This document shows, piece after piece, positions 28,661 through 38,822 of a DNA stretch of 50,092 nucleotides. The DNA comes from Ramlibacter sp. Its GTDB lineage: Bacteria; Pseudomonadota; Gammaproteobacteria; Burkholderiales; Burkholderiaceae_C. The stretch is from assembly GCA_036263715.1 (NCBI GenBank), contig DATAGN010000056.1:1-50092 (forward strand), given 5' to 3'. Each line of letters begins with the position of its first letter. Positions within the stretch are counted from its first letter, which is position 1. Made by a program: the position numbers and the translations under genes. The notes beneath the pieces are model-generated. The model was given only the letters and a program-made list of their open reading frames with translations, had not been told where the DNA came from and searched no databases.

Positions 28661-29971
28661 ATGCTGCTACCCCGCTGGCCGGCGCTTTGGCGCCGCTACT
28701 TGATCGCCGTGCTCTGGGCCGGCTTGTCGCTGGCGCTGCCGGCCGTCCACGCGCAAGGCGGGGCGCAGGAGGACACCGCGATCCGGCCGTTCCAGGTGAA
28801 TGTGCCAGAGGCGCAGTTGGCCGACCTGCGCCGTCGCCTCCAGGACACGCGCTGGCCGGATCAAGAGACCGTGGCCGATCCTTCCCAAGGCACGCAGCTG
28901 GCCAGGCTGCGCGAGCTGGTGCGCTACTGGGGCAGCGACTACGACTGGCGCAAAGCGGAGGCCAGGCTCAACGCACTGCCGATGTTCGTCACGCGCATCG
29001 ACGGCGTGGACATCCACTTCATCCACGTGCGCTCGCGCCATCCGGGCGCCCTGCCGATGGTGATCACCCATGGCTGGCCGGGCTCGGTGATCGAACAGCT
29101 GAAGATCATCGCGCCCTTGGTGGACCCCACGGCCCACGGAGGTCGCGCGGAGGATGCGTTTGACGTGGTCATCCCGTCGCTGCCCGGTTACGGATTTTCC
29201 GGCAGGCCGACGACGACCGGCTGGGGCCCGGATCGCATCGCCGCCAGTTGGGCGGTGCTGATGCAGCGCCTGGGCTACGCACGCTACGTCGCCCAAGGCG
29301 GTGACTGGGGCTCGCCGGTGGCGCAGTCCATGGGGCGGCAAGCGCCCGCGGGGCTGGCCGGCATCCATGTCAACCTGCCGGCCGCCGTGCCCGGGGAGCT
29401 GGTGCCGCTGATCGCCACCGGCGCGCCCGCGCCCGCCTCGCTCACGCCGCAGGAGCGCGCCACCTTCGAAGCGCTGGTGGCCTTCAACAAGATGGGGCAC
29501 CTTGCGTACGTGAACATGCTGGGGGCGCGGCCGCAGGCGGTGGGCTACGGCCTGACCGACTCCCCCGTGGGGCTCGCCGGCTTCATGCTCGTGCACCCGG
29601 GCTTCGCCAAGTGGGGCTACGGCGCGGACCCGGCGCAGTCGCCCAGTGTCGACGACGTCCTGGACAACTTCACCCTGTACTGGCTCACCAACACCGCCGC
29701 CTCGGCCGCGCGTCTGTACTGGGAAGGCGCCAGCCGCGGCGTGACCAACTCCGCGGCGCAGCGCACCCGCGAGATCACGGTACCCGTGGCGGTCACCTCC
29801 TTTCCCGACGAGGTGTACCAGCCGCCCGAGAGCTGGGCCCGGCGCGCCTTCCCGACGCTGGTGTACTTTCGCGAGGCGGAAAAGGGCGGCCACTTCGCTG
29901 CCTGGGAGCAGCCGCAGATCTTTGCGCAGGAATTGCGCAGCGCCTTTCGCAGCCTGCGCGCGCAACCCTGA
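28661..29971 (+). CDS. Epoxide hydrolase (EHN + alpha/beta hydrolase) with signal peptide
   Basis: IRPFQV, YDWR, HGWPGS, PSLPGYGFS, QGGDWG, GGHFAAWEQP. Confidence 0.93.
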   Translation: MLLPRWPALWRRYLIAVLWAGLSLALPAVHAQGGAQEDTAIRPFQVNVPEAQLADLRRRLQDTRWPDQETVADPSQGTQLARLRELVRYWGSDYDWRKAEARLNALPMFVTRIDGVDIHFIHVRSRHPGALPMVITHGWPGSVIEQLKIIAPLVDPTAHGGRAEDAFDVVIPSLPGYGFSGRPTTTGWGPDRIAASWAVLMQRLGYARYVAQGGDWGSPVAQSMGRQAPAGLAGIHVNLPAAVPGELVPLIATGAPAPASLTPQERATFEALVAFNKMGHLAYVNMLGARPQAVGYGLTDSPVGLAGFMLVHPGFAKWGYGADPAQSPSVDDVLDNFTLYWLTNTAASAARLYWEGASRGVTNSAAQRTREITVPVAVTSFPDEVYQPPESWARRAFPTLVYFREAEKGGHFAAWEQPQIFAQELRSAFRSLRAQP

Positions 29972-30003
29972 GGCAGGAGGCGCGCTCTCCGGCGCGCCCC
30001 CGC

Positions 30004-30648
30004 TCAGGCCGGCTGCGCTGCGCCCTGTTGCTCGGTCCACAGGTGGCCGGCGTACCAGAGCGCCCAGTCGCCCTCGTTCGAGCCGCCGCGCTGCTCGTGC
30101 GCACGGTGCGCAGCCTGCGCGCGGCGCAGGGCGCTCGCCAGCTGCGCAGGTGTCGCGAACGCGAGCGCCCCGGCCTCCAGGCGGCCCGGCAGGCGGGCCG
30201 TCACTTCCTGCAGCAGCCAGCGGTTGCCATCCGGATCGCGGAAGGAGGCGTACGAAGCGTAGGTGCGGCGCGTGGGCTCCGGGCCACTGGCCGGGGGATC
30301 GCCGGGACTGCCATGGTAGATCTCGCCGACTGCGGCGCCGCGCGCGAGCAGCGCTGCGCGCGCGGCCTCGATCTTCGGCACCACCAGGTACAGCCCTTGC
30401 GCAGAGCCGGGCGGGGCCTCCGTGATCCCGCGCCCGAAGTGGATCGAGCAGGGCGAGCCGGGCGGCGTCATCTGCACCAGGTGGAAGTCCTCGCCGCGCG
30501 CGAGTTCGGCGTCCAGCCGCCAGCCGAGCGCGGCATAGAAGGCCTTGGCGCGCGCGACATCGGCCACGGGCAGGGTGACCACCTCCAGTTGGAGGGGGCC
30601 GGTGGTGTCGGGCTGCACGCGCTCGGCGTGCAGGTTGCTTGTGCTCAT
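30004..30648 (-). CDS. VOC/glyoxalase-family protein
   Basis: LEVVTLPVADVARAKAFY..LGW, QMTPPGS, FRDPDGNRWLLQE; GGAG RBS. Confidence 0.9.
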   Translation of the reverse strand: MSTSNLHAERVQPDTTGPLQLEVVTLPVADVARAKAFYAALGWRLDAELARGEDFHLVQMTPPGSPCSIHFGRGITEAPPGSAQGLYLVVPKIEAARAALLARGAAVGEIYHGSPGDPPASGPEPTRRTYASYASFRDPDGNRWLLQEVTARLPGRLEAGALAFATPAQLASALRRAQAAHRAHEQRGGSNEGDWALWYAGHLWTEQQGAAQPA

Positions 30649-30694
30649 GTCGGATCTCCGTGGGTTGGGCCGCGCAAGCGGCGGCCAGCCGCCC

Positions 30695-30735
30695 ATGAAA
30701 GCAGCCTCGTCACGGGGCGGCAATCGGACCAAGGA
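30695..30735 (-). promoter_or_regulatory. Operator + promoter: TCCTTGGT-CCGA-TTGCCG-N17-TTTCAT
   Basis: Third copy of CTGCTTTCATG at the same distance from the core. Confidence 0.7.
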
Positions 30736-30751
30736 CAGGGACGGCCCTCGG

Positions 30752-30809
30752 CCACTGGTGGGTGCGATACGAAGGTGCAATCGACCGCGTCGTCCTCAGC
30801 TGTTGTCAT
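30752..30809 (+). promoter_or_regulatory. Operator + promoter: CCACTGGT-N9-ACGAAGGT-GCAA-TCGACC-N17-TGTCAT
   Basis: Same architecture; precedes the Tat-hydrolase operon. Confidence 0.65.
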
Positions 30810-30854
30810 GCCTTGCGCATCGCGCATGCATGCAATCGCCAAAGGACCTTCTTC

Positions 30855-32198
30855 ATGACCATCATTACCCCGATCTCCCGCCGCGGTTTCCTGGCCGCTT
30901 CGGCGGCGACGATCTCCTCCGCGCCGTTCGCGCAGCTCGCCGCCCAGGCGGAGACCCCCGGCGGCGTGGCCGACCGCTCTGCGGCCGCCGTGCCTCCGGC
31001 GCTGGGCGGCGCTGCAATCCGCCCGTTCGCGGTGAACATGCCGCAGGCGCGGCTGGATGACCTGCGCCGCCGCATCCTGGCGACCCAGTGGCCGGAAAAG
31101 GAGACCGTTCCGGACAGCACCCAGGGCGTGCCGCTGGCCACGATGCGCGAGCTCGCACGCCACTGGGCCAGCGACTACGACTGGCGCAAGGCCGAAGCCG
31201 CGCTGAACGCGCTGCCCAACTTCGTCACTGAGATCGATGGCCTGGACATCCATTTCATCCACGTGCGCTCGCGCCATGCCAACGCGCTGCCGATCGTCAT
31301 CAACCACGGCTGGCCCGGGTCGGTGCTCGAACAGATCAAGCTGATCGAGCCGCTGGTCAACCCCACGGCGCACGGCGGCCGCGCCAGCGATGCCTTCCAC
31401 GTCGTGATTCCCTCCATGCCCGGCTACGGTTTTTCCGGCAAGCCCACCGGCACCGGCTGGGGCCCCGAGCGCATGGGGCAGGCCTGGCATGCGCTGATGC
31501 AGCGCCTGGGCTACGGCGGCTACGTGGCGCAAGGCGGTGACTGGGGTGCCTTCGTCGTCGACCAGATGGGGCTGCAGGCGCCTCGCGGACTCCTGGCGAT
31601 CCACACCAACATGCCCGCCACGGTGCCGGCCGACATCGACAAGCTGCTGCAGATCGGCGCGCCGGCCCCCGCGGGCCTGTCGCCTGACGAACGCAAGGCC
31701 TACGCGCAGCTGGAGAGGACCTTCAAGCAGGTCGACTACGCCCGCCTCATGGCGTCGCGGCCGCAGACCTTGTACGGCATCGCGGATTCACCGGTGGGCC
31801 TGGCCGCCTGGCTGCTGGACCACAACGACGCGCACGGACAGCCCGCGGCCGCCGTCGCCAGCGCCCTGGAGCGCGGCAGCAGCGCCAGTGGCGAACTCAC
31901 GCGCACCGAGATCCTGGACAACATCACCCTGTACTGGCTCACCAACACCGGTGTGTCGGCCTCGCGCCTGTACTGGGAATACAAGGGCGGCTTCTTCAAC
32001 GCCAAGGGCGTGGGCATCCCCGTGGCGGTGACCGTGTTCCCGGGCGAACAGTACGAGGCGCCGCGCAGCTGGACGGAGCGCGCGTACCCGAGGCTTGCCT
32101 ACTACAACCAAGCCCCCCGCGGCGGCCACTTCGCCGCCTGGGAGGAGCCGCAGCTGTTCGCTTCCGAGCTGCGCGCGGCGTTCCGCACTTTCCGCTGA
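30855..32198 (+). CDS. Epoxide hydrolase with Tat signal
   Basis: SRRGFL; HGWPGS; QGGDWG; GGHFAAWEEP; AAGGA RBS. Confidence 0.93.
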   Translation: MTIITPISRRGFLAASAATISSAPFAQLAAQAETPGGVADRSAAAVPPALGGAAIRPFAVNMPQARLDDLRRRILATQWPEKETVPDSTQGVPLATMRELARHWASDYDWRKAEAALNALPNFVTEIDGLDIHFIHVRSRHANALPIVINHGWPGSVLEQIKLIEPLVNPTAHGGRASDAFHVVIPSMPGYGFSGKPTGTGWGPERMGQAWHALMQRLGYGGYVAQGGDWGAFVVDQMGLQAPRGLLAIHTNMPATVPADIDKLLQIGAPAPAGLSPDERKAYAQLERTFKQVDYARLMASRPQTLYGIADSPVGLAAWLLDHNDAHGQPAAAVASALERGSSASGELTRTEILDNITLYWLTNTGVSASRLYWEYKGGFFNAKGVGIPVAVTVFPGEQYEAPRSWTERAYPRLAYYNQAPRGGHFAAWEEPQLFASELRAAFRTFR

Positions 32199-32209
32199 AG
32201 GAGCAGGTC

Positions 32210-32611
32210 ATGAACATCTCCGCATTCACGCGCGCGGCCGCACTCGTGCTGGGGGCTGCCTTTGCAGCCCCTGCAGCCCACGCGCAGCTGCAGGGCACGC
32301 AACGCATCGACCTGCAGCGCCACGACCTGAGCGCCCCCGGCCGCGAAGTGGTGCAGGCGGTCGTCTCCATCGAGCCGGGAGTGACGGCGGCGCGCCACTC
32401 CCACCCGGGCGAGGAGATCGTCTACGTGCTGGAAGGCGCGCTCGAGTACCGCCTGGACGGTCGGCCGCCGGTCATCCTGCGCGCCGGCGACGTGCTGTTC
32501 ATCCCGGCCGGCACCGTCCATGCCGTGAAGAACGTGGGCGAGGGCCGCGGCGCGGAACTGGCGACCTACATCGTGGAAAAGGGCAAGCCGCTGCTGGCCC
32601 CCGCACCTTGA
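32210..32611 (+). CDS. Secreted cupin-domain protein
   Basis: Signal peptide ending AHA; HSHPGEEIVYVLEG...IPAGTVH. Confidence 0.92.
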   Translation: MNISAFTRAAALVLGAAFAAPAAHAQLQGTQRIDLQRHDLSAPGREVVQAVVSIEPGVTAARHSHPGEEIVYVLEGALEYRLDGRPPVILRAGDVLFIPAGTVHAVKNVGEGRGAELATYIVEKGKPLLAPAP

Positions 32612-32621
32612 AGGAGCGGCC

Positions 32622-33644
32622 ATGACCCTTCCATCCTTGTCCCGTCGCCGCCTGCTGGGCGTGGCCGCAGCGAAGCTCGGAGCGGCGTCCTTTGCGCGAA
32701 GCGGGGTCGCCCGGGCGCAAGGCGCCGGCACCGACTCGCCGCTGGGCACCATCCAGCAGGTGCGCGCCGGCGTCCTGGACGTGGGCTACGCGCAGCTGGG
32801 ACCCGCCGACGGCCCTGCCGTGATCCTGCTGCACGGCTGGCCCTACGACATCCACAGCTTCGCCGAGGTTGCGCCGGTGCTGGCGGCGGCCGGATACCGG
32901 GTGCTCGTTCCCTACCTGCGCGGCTACGGCTCCACCCGCTTCCTGTCGCTGGCCACGCAGCGCAACGCCCAGCCGGCCGCGCTGGCGCTGGACGTCGTCG
33001 ATTTCATGGACGCGCTCGGCATCGGGCAGGCGGTGATCGCCGGCTTCGACTGGGGCGCGCGCACCGCCAACATCGTCGCGGCGCTGTGGCCCGAGCGCTG
33101 CCTGGGCATGGTGTCGGTCAGCGGCTACCTGATTGGCAGCCAGGCTGCTGCTCGCAAGCCGCTGCGCCCGGAGGCGGAGCTCGAGTGGTGGTACCAGTAT
33201 TACTTCGCGACCGATCGCGGCCGCGAAGGCTATGCACAGTACCGGCGGGAGTTCGCACGCCTGATCTGGCGCCTGGGCTCGCCGCAGTGGCGCTTCGACG
33301 ATGCGACCTTCCATCGCAGTGCGGCCGCCCTGGACAATCCCGACCATGTCGACATCGCGGTGCACAACTACCGGTGGCGGCTGTCGCTGGCCGCGGGCGA
33401 ATCCCGCTACGACGCGCTGGAGGAGCGGATCGCACGCTTTCCGGTGATCGGCGTGCCCACGATCACGATGGAAGGCGACGCCAACGGTGCGCCGCACCCC
33501 GACCCTGCCGTCTACGCGGCCAAGTTCTCCGGCCCCTACGTCCACCGGCTCGTGACCGGAGGCATCGGCCACAACCTGCCGCAGGAGGCGCCGCTGGCGT
33601 TCGCCCGTGCGGTGCTCGACGTCGCCCAACAGAAGATCTCCTGA
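32622..33644 (+). CDS. Alpha/beta hydrolase (Asp nucleophile) with Tat-like signal
   Basis: SRRRLL; HGWP; LRGYG; GFDWG; GHNLPQE. Confidence 0.92.
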   Translation: MTLPSLSRRRLLGVAAAKLGAASFARSGVARAQGAGTDSPLGTIQQVRAGVLDVGYAQLGPADGPAVILLHGWPYDIHSFAEVAPVLAAAGYRVLVPYLRGYGSTRFLSLATQRNAQPAALALDVVDFMDALGIGQAVIAGFDWGARTANIVAALWPERCLGMVSVSGYLIGSQAAARKPLRPEAELEWWYQYYFATDRGREGYAQYRREFARLIWRLGSPQWRFDDATFHRSAAALDNPDHVDIAVHNYRWRLSLAAGESRYDALEERIARFPVIGVPTITMEGDANGAPHPDPAVYAAKFSGPYVHRLVTGGIGHNLPQEAPLAFARAVLDVAQQKIS

Positions 33645-33645
33645 C

Positions 33646-34956
33646 ATGACCGACAACCTCTTGCACTCCTTGTCCCGGCGCGAGCTGCTGGCCGGCTCCC
33701 TTGCAGTGCTCTCGGCCGGCGTTTTGCCGGCACCGGCTGCGGCCGCTGCTGGTGGCGCGCGCCGCGGGGGCGAGGCGTTGCGCGTGTTTCGCGCCCAGGT
33801 GCCGCAGGCCGACCTGGCCGACTTGCGCCGGCGCATCCGGGCCACGCGCTGGCCCAGCCGCGAGCTGGTCAGCGATGCCTCGCAAGGGGTGCAGCTGCGC
33901 ACACTGCAGGAGCTGGCGCGCCATTGGGGCAGCCGCTACGACTGGCGTCGCTTCGAGGCCCGCCTCAACAGCTACCCGCAGTTCGTCACCGAGATCGACG
34001 GTGTCGACATCCACTACATCCACGTGCGCTCCACCCACCCCGGGGCGCTGCCGCTGTTGATCACGCATGGCTGGCCGGGCTCGGTGGTGGAGCAGATGAA
34101 GATCATCGGCCCGCTCACCAACCCGACTGCCCACGGCGGCAGCGCCGCGGACGCGTTCGACGTGGTGATCCCCTCGCTGCCGGGGCATGGCTTTTCGGGC
34201 AAACCCACTGAGCTGGGCTGGGACCCGGTGCGCATCGCCTGTGCCTGGGTGGTGCTGATGGACCGCTTGGGATACGCGCGTTACGTGGCGCAGGGCGGCG
34301 ACTGGGGCAACGCCGTGACCGAGCAGATGGCGCTGCTGGAGCCTCCGGGGCTGGCCGGGATCCACACCAACATGCCGGCAACGGTGCCCGAGGAGATCGC
34401 CCGGGCCTTGCAGGCCTCGGCACCCATGCCCACCGGGCTGGGCTCCGAGGAGCAGCAGGCTTACGCCCAGCTGGCCGACTTCTACCGCAACGGCCTGGCC
34501 TACGCGCAGGAGATGGGCAACCGCCCGCAGACCCTCTATGCCATCGACGACTCGCCAGTCGGCTTGGCAGCCTGGATGCTGGATCACGATGCGCGCAGCT
34601 ACGCGCTCATCGCGCGCGTCTTCGATGGCCAGGCCGAGGGGCTCACCCGCGAGGACATCCTTGACAACGCCACGCTGTACTGGCTCACGCGCACCGGCGT
34701 GTCCTCGGCGCGTCTGTACTGGGAAAGCAAGCTGCCTTTCTTCGCGCCGAAGAACGTGCGCATCCCGGTGGCGGTGAGTGTCTTCCCGGACGAGATCTAC
34801 GCGGCGCCGCGCAGCTGGGTCGAACGGGCGTACCCGAACCTCGCCTACTACAACCGGCTGGATCGCGGCGGGCACTTCGCCGCCTGGGAGCAACCGGCGC
34901 TGTTCGCCCGGGAGATGCGCGCGGCCTTTCGGACGCTGCGCGCTCCTCGCGCCTGA
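33646..34956 (+). CDS. Epoxide hydrolase with Tat signal
   Basis: SRRELL; HGWPGS; QGGDWG; GGHFAAWEQP. Confidence 0.93.
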   Translation: MTDNLLHSLSRRELLAGSLAVLSAGVLPAPAAAAAGGARRGGEALRVFRAQVPQADLADLRRRIRATRWPSRELVSDASQGVQLRTLQELARHWGSRYDWRRFEARLNSYPQFVTEIDGVDIHYIHVRSTHPGALPLLITHGWPGSVVEQMKIIGPLTNPTAHGGSAADAFDVVIPSLPGHGFSGKPTELGWDPVRIACAWVVLMDRLGYARYVAQGGDWGNAVTEQMALLEPPGLAGIHTNMPATVPEEIARALQASAPMPTGLGSEEQQAYAQLADFYRNGLAYAQEMGNRPQTLYAIDDSPVGLAAWMLDHDARSYALIARVFDGQAEGLTREDILDNATLYWLTRTGVSSARLYWESKLPFFAPKNVRIPVAVSVFPDEIYAAPRSWVERAYPNLAYYNRLDRGGHFAAWEQPALFAREMRAAFRTLRAPRA

Positions 34957-35334
34957 GCTGTCGCGCAGAGAGCAGGCGCGGTACCCAGGGCCGCCGTGCC
35001 GTTCGTGCCGGCTTGAAGGTGAGCGGCCTTTCGCCACCCCCGGCGGCCGCATGGGAACTGCCCGTCGGTCAGCCGCTCACCGATCGACTGCCACCGGGCC
35101 CATCTGGGCCAAGCACGCATGTGCGGCGGTCGCGCTCGATGGTGTTCACCCTTTCGCCGGCTGCCGCTGGCGTTGCGAACCGAGCGCCCCGACGTCCGAG
35201 GGGGTGGGTGAGACCGGGCTCGGTCCAAGGTCGGCCTCGGGTCGGGGTCCTCCGACAGTGCCGCAAGCGCCTGCGAGATGGGATCGTGGAACCCGTGGCG
35301 GCGCCGCTGCCCATCACCCCACAAGGATTGCCAA

Positions 35335-35712
35335 ATGAACCAATACATCGCCCTCGGCGCTCTCGTCCTGGCTGCCGCATCCGGTGCCGCTTCCGCACAC
35401 ACGGGCCTGGCTGGAGACATCACGGTGGAGACCGACACCTTCGTGTCCTCCCGCCAGCCGGCCGAAGTGCGCAGCGAGCTGATCGCCTACAAGAAGTCTG
35501 GGGTCAATCCCTGGGCGCGCACCTACAACCCGCTGCGCCACTTCATGAGCCTGCGCAGCCACAAGGAAGTGGTGGCGGAGTTCGCCGCCAACCGTGAGCA
35601 GGTGGCCGCATTCACCGGCGAGGACAGCGGCTCCATGTTCCTCAGCGAAGCCTGGGCCAGCAAGCAGCGTGACGTGCGCGTGGCCGACGGCGCCGCGCCG
35701 GCGCAGCACTGA
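35335..35712 (+). CDS. Secreted DUF4148-like protein
   Basis: Signal peptide; SSRQPAEVRSEL and SLRSHKEVVAEF repeats, GEDSGS; AAGGA RBS. Confidence 0.78.
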   Translation: MNQYIALGALVLAAASGAASAHTGLAGDITVETDTFVSSRQPAEVRSELIAYKKSGVNPWARTYNPLRHFMSLRSHKEVVAEFAANREQVAAFTGEDSGSMFLSEAWASKQRDVRVADGAAPAQH

Positions 35713-35781
35713 GCCAGTCCCGCGGGCGAGCGGCGCCCATGTACGAACGTGGGCGGGCGCGGGCCCGCACAGGAGATTTTC

Positions 35782-36138
35782 TTGAGACGTCTTTTCTCCC
35801 TGTCCCTCTATGCCATCTGCCTCGCTTGCAGCCAGGTCCTCGCTGGGCCCCTGCAGGTGCAGGTTCCCACCGACATCGAGCCGCCGAGCTCGCGCGTGAC
35901 GCAGGCCGAAGTCCTGGCGGACTTCCATCTTTGGCGCCTGGCCGGGCTGCACGACCTCCACAAGAACGAGCGCTCGCCCGACACGGACAGCCATGCTTAC
36001 CGCAAGGCCTATGCAACGTACCTGCACCTGCGCAACTCACCGCAGTACACGGGCTTGGTCGAGGAGCTGCAGAAGAACCCGAATGCCACCGTCGTGGCCA
36101 CTGGCGCGAAACCCCCGTCGCGGCAGGCGGCCAAGTAG
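35782..36138 (+). CDS. Secreted hypothetical protein (TQAEVLAD repeat-like motif), TTG start
   Basis: AGGAG RBS 6 nt before TTG 35782; signal-like N-terminus; ordered helical composition. Confidence 0.7.
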   Translation: MRRLFSLSLYAICLACSQVLAGPLQVQVPTDIEPPSSRVTQAEVLADFHLWRLAGLHDLHKNERSPDTDSHAYRKAYATYLHLRNSPQYTGLVEELQKNPNATVVATGAKPPSRQAAK

Positions 36139-36148
36139 CGGCTCGCCG

Positions 36149-36550
36149 ATGCTGCGCGCCCTGGTGCTGATGGTGGAGACTGGATCGGCGGTGGACATCG
36201 CGCAGTTGCAGCAGGAGGGCGTGGTGCGCACCGAGGTGCTGGGCCACCGGCTGCCGCGCGGGCGCGGCCAGCTGCTGCAGGTGCGCGTGGACTTCGCGCC
36301 CGCGGCGGTCTCTGGGCTGCACATGCACCCGGGAGAGGAGATCGTGCACGTCCTGCAGGGCAGCTTGCATTACGAACTGCAGGGCCGCCCGCCAGTGCGC
36401 CTGCATCGCGGAGAAAGCCTGGTGATCCCGGCCGGGATCCGGCACCGTGCACGCAACGTCGGCGAGGGCCCAGCCTGCCAACTGGCGACTTACCTGGTGC
36501 CCAGGGGTCGTCCCATGATGGTCCTGTACCCGGTCGGCGAAGCCGTCTGA
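36149..36550 (+). CDS. Cupin-domain protein (start uncertain)
   Basis: HMHPGEEIVHVLQG...IPAGIRH; paralog of 32210. Confidence 0.85.
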   Translation: MLRALVLMVETGSAVDIAQLQQEGVVRTEVLGHRLPRGRGQLLQVRVDFAPAAVSGLHMHPGEEIVHVLQGSLHYELQGRPPVRLHRGESLVIPAGIRHRARNVGEGPACQLATYLVPRGRPMMVLYPVGEAV

Positions 36551-36573
36551 CCACTTGCGCCAGGAGAGTCTCC

Positions 36574-37557
36574 ATGCCGCGCTGCTTCCCCACCCTGGCC
36601 ACCGTGCTGCTCATGCTCGCCGCCGGCGAAGCGGCAGCCGCCGCAGCCAGCTTCCCCGCCCGAGCAATCACGATCGTCTGCGGCTTTCCGCCTGGCAATG
36701 CCGCCGACGTGCAGCTGCGCGCGCTCGCCCAGGCGATGGCGCGCGAGCTGCGGCAACCCGTGGTGGTTGAAAACCGCCCGGGCGCGGCCGGCACGCTGGC
36801 CGCCGGCCTTGTGGCCAAGTCACGCCCGGACGGCTACACGCTGGTGCAGGTCACCAACACCGTGGTGCGCCAGCCGTTCATCCAGCCCACGGGCTACGAC
36901 CCGATCAAGGACCTGCGCTACGTCATCGGCGTCACGAGCTTCGAGTTCGGGCTCGTGGTGGCGGCGGACGCGCCGTGGCGGTCGTTCCAGGAATTCACCG
37001 CCTACGCCCGGCAGCATCCCAACAAAGTGAGTTACGGCAGCATCGGCGCAGGGTCCGTTCCCCACCAGGTCATGATGCGCATCGGCAGCGAATTGGGCAT
37101 CTCCTGGACGCACGTGGCCTACAAGGGATCGACGCCCGCGCAGAGTGACCTGCAGGGCGGGCACGTACATGCCCTGTCGGACACCACGGGATGGACCCCG
37201 CTGGTGGAGGCGGGCAAGCTGCGCTTGCTGGCGGTGTACAACGAACACCGGCTGGCCCGTTTTCCCCAGGTGCCGACCCTCAAGGAACTCGGCCTGGACA
37301 TTGCCGACCATGCGCCCTGGGGGCTCGCCGCGCCCGCCGGCACGCCGCCCGAGCACGTGCGCATGCTGCACGACGCCGCGCGCAGGGCCTTGGCGGCGCC
37401 GGAGTTCCTCGCCGCGCTGCACGCCCTGGGCAACGAGGTAAGGTACATGAGCTCGCACGACTACGAGCGCTACATGGCCGCACGGGTGGCGATCGAGCGC
37501 GAGGTGGTCGAGGCTTACGGGCTCGGCCGCCGCGATGCGGCCTCAACGGCGCGATGA
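36574..37557 (+). CDS. Bug/TctC tripartite tricarboxylate transporter substrate-binding protein
   Basis: FPARAITIVCGFPPG, VVVENRPGAAG, PDGYTL, HVAYKG, VPTLKELG. Confidence 0.93.
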   Translation: MPRCFPTLATVLLMLAAGEAAAAAASFPARAITIVCGFPPGNAADVQLRALAQAMARELRQPVVVENRPGAAGTLAAGLVAKSRPDGYTLVQVTNTVVRQPFIQPTGYDPIKDLRYVIGVTSFEFGLVVAADAPWRSFQEFTAYARQHPNKVSYGSIGAGSVPHQVMMRIGSELGISWTHVAYKGSTPAQSDLQGGHVHALSDTTGWTPLVEAGKLRLLAVYNEHRLARFPQVPTLKELGLDIADHAPWGLAAPAGTPPEHVRMLHDAARRALAAPEFLAALHALGNEVRYMSSHDYERYMAARVAIEREVVEAYGLGRRDAASTAR

Positions 37558-37600
37558 AGGCGCGGCGCCGGCGTGCAGCCGGCGCCGCACGCGTGCGCGC

Positions 37601-38716
37601 TCAGCCTGCCAAGGCGGGGTAGTCGGTGTAGCCGCGGGCGCCGCCGCCATACAGCGTCTCGGGGTCCAGCGTTGCCAGCGGCGCGCCGCGACGCAGCCGC
37701 TCCACGAAGTCCGGATTGGCGATGTAGGGCCGCCCGAAGGCCACCAGGTCGGCACCGCCCGCCACCGCCTCGGCGGCCACACCTGCGTCGTAGCCGTTGT
37801 TGACCATCCAGGCCGCGCTGCCGCCGGCATCGCGGTAGGCCCGCTGCAGCGCCTGGTAGTCGAACGGCCGCTCCGGCCGCGTCCGCAGCCCGCCGGGCGA
37901 GCCTTCGATCACGTGCAGGTACGCCAGTCCCAGCGGCGCCAGCGCGCGCACCACGTGTTCGAACAGGGCCTGGGGTTCCGGGTCGTGCATGTCGTTGCCG
38001 GTGGCCACCGGTGACAGCCGAATGCCCACCCTGTGGGCTCCGACCTCCTGCGCGATCGCTGCGGCCACTTCGAGCAGCAGGCGCGCGCGATTTTCCACCG
38101 GGCCGCCGTAGGCATCCGTGCGCTGGTTGGAGCCGCGTTGCAGGAACTGGTCCAGCAGGTAGCCGTTGGCCGCGTGGATCTCCACGCCGTCGAAGCGTGC
38201 CACCCGGACCGCGCCGTCGGCGGCCCGGCGAAAGTCGTCGACGATGCCGGGCAGCTCGGAAGCCTGCAGCGCACGTGGCGGCGAGGTGTCGACGAAGCTG
38301 CCTTGGCCATCCTGGATCAGGTAGGTGCGGGCCCGCGCCGCCAGTGCCGAGGGCGCCACCGGCGCCGCGCCACCGGGCTGTAGCTCGAAGCGCGAGATGC
38401 GGCCGACGTGGAACAGCTGGCAGACCATGCAGCCGCCACGGGCGTGCACGGCGTCCGTGACGCGCCGCCAGCCTTGCAGCTGTTCGGGCGCATACAGGCC
38501 GGGAACGTCGGCATAGCCCTGGCCCTGGTGGCTGATGGAAGTGGCCTCGCTGATGATCAAGCCGGCACTGGCGCGCTGCTCGTAGTACTGCGCCATCAGC
38601 GCCGTGGGGATGGCGTCGGGGGCGCGGTTGCGCGTGAGCGGCGCCATGACGATGCGGTTGCGAAGCGCCAGGCTGCCGGCGCGGATCGGCTCGAAGAGGG
38701 TTCGGTGTGGGGTCAT
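37601..38716 (-). CDS. Alkene reductase (Old Yellow Enzyme, NemA/XenB-like)
   Basis: NRIVMAPLTRNRA, EIHAANGYLLDQF, FGRPYIANPD, GYTDYP. Confidence 0.95.
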   Translation of the reverse strand: MTPHRTLFEPIRAGSLALRNRIVMAPLTRNRAPDAIPTALMAQYYEQRASAGLIISEATSISHQGQGYADVPGLYAPEQLQGWRRVTDAVHARGGCMVCQLFHVGRISRFELQPGGAAPVAPSALAARARTYLIQDGQGSFVDTSPPRALQASELPGIVDDFRRAADGAVRVARFDGVEIHAANGYLLDQFLQRGSNQRTDAYGGPVENRARLLLEVAAAIAQEVGAHRVGIRLSPVATGNDMHDPEPQALFEHVVRALAPLGLAYLHVIEGSPGGLRTRPERPFDYQALQRAYRDAGGSAAWMVNNGYDAGVAAEAVAGGADLVAFGRPYIANPDFVERLRRGAPLATLDPETLYGGGARGYTDYPALAG

Positions 38717-38822
38717 GCACCGAGAGTAGAAGCGCCATGCCCGCGCCGTATCCGACCGAATGGGCGCGGCATCCCCCGTCCGTGGGCGCAGGCGCGTGTG
38801 CGACCCGCCGCAGCGTCAAGCG

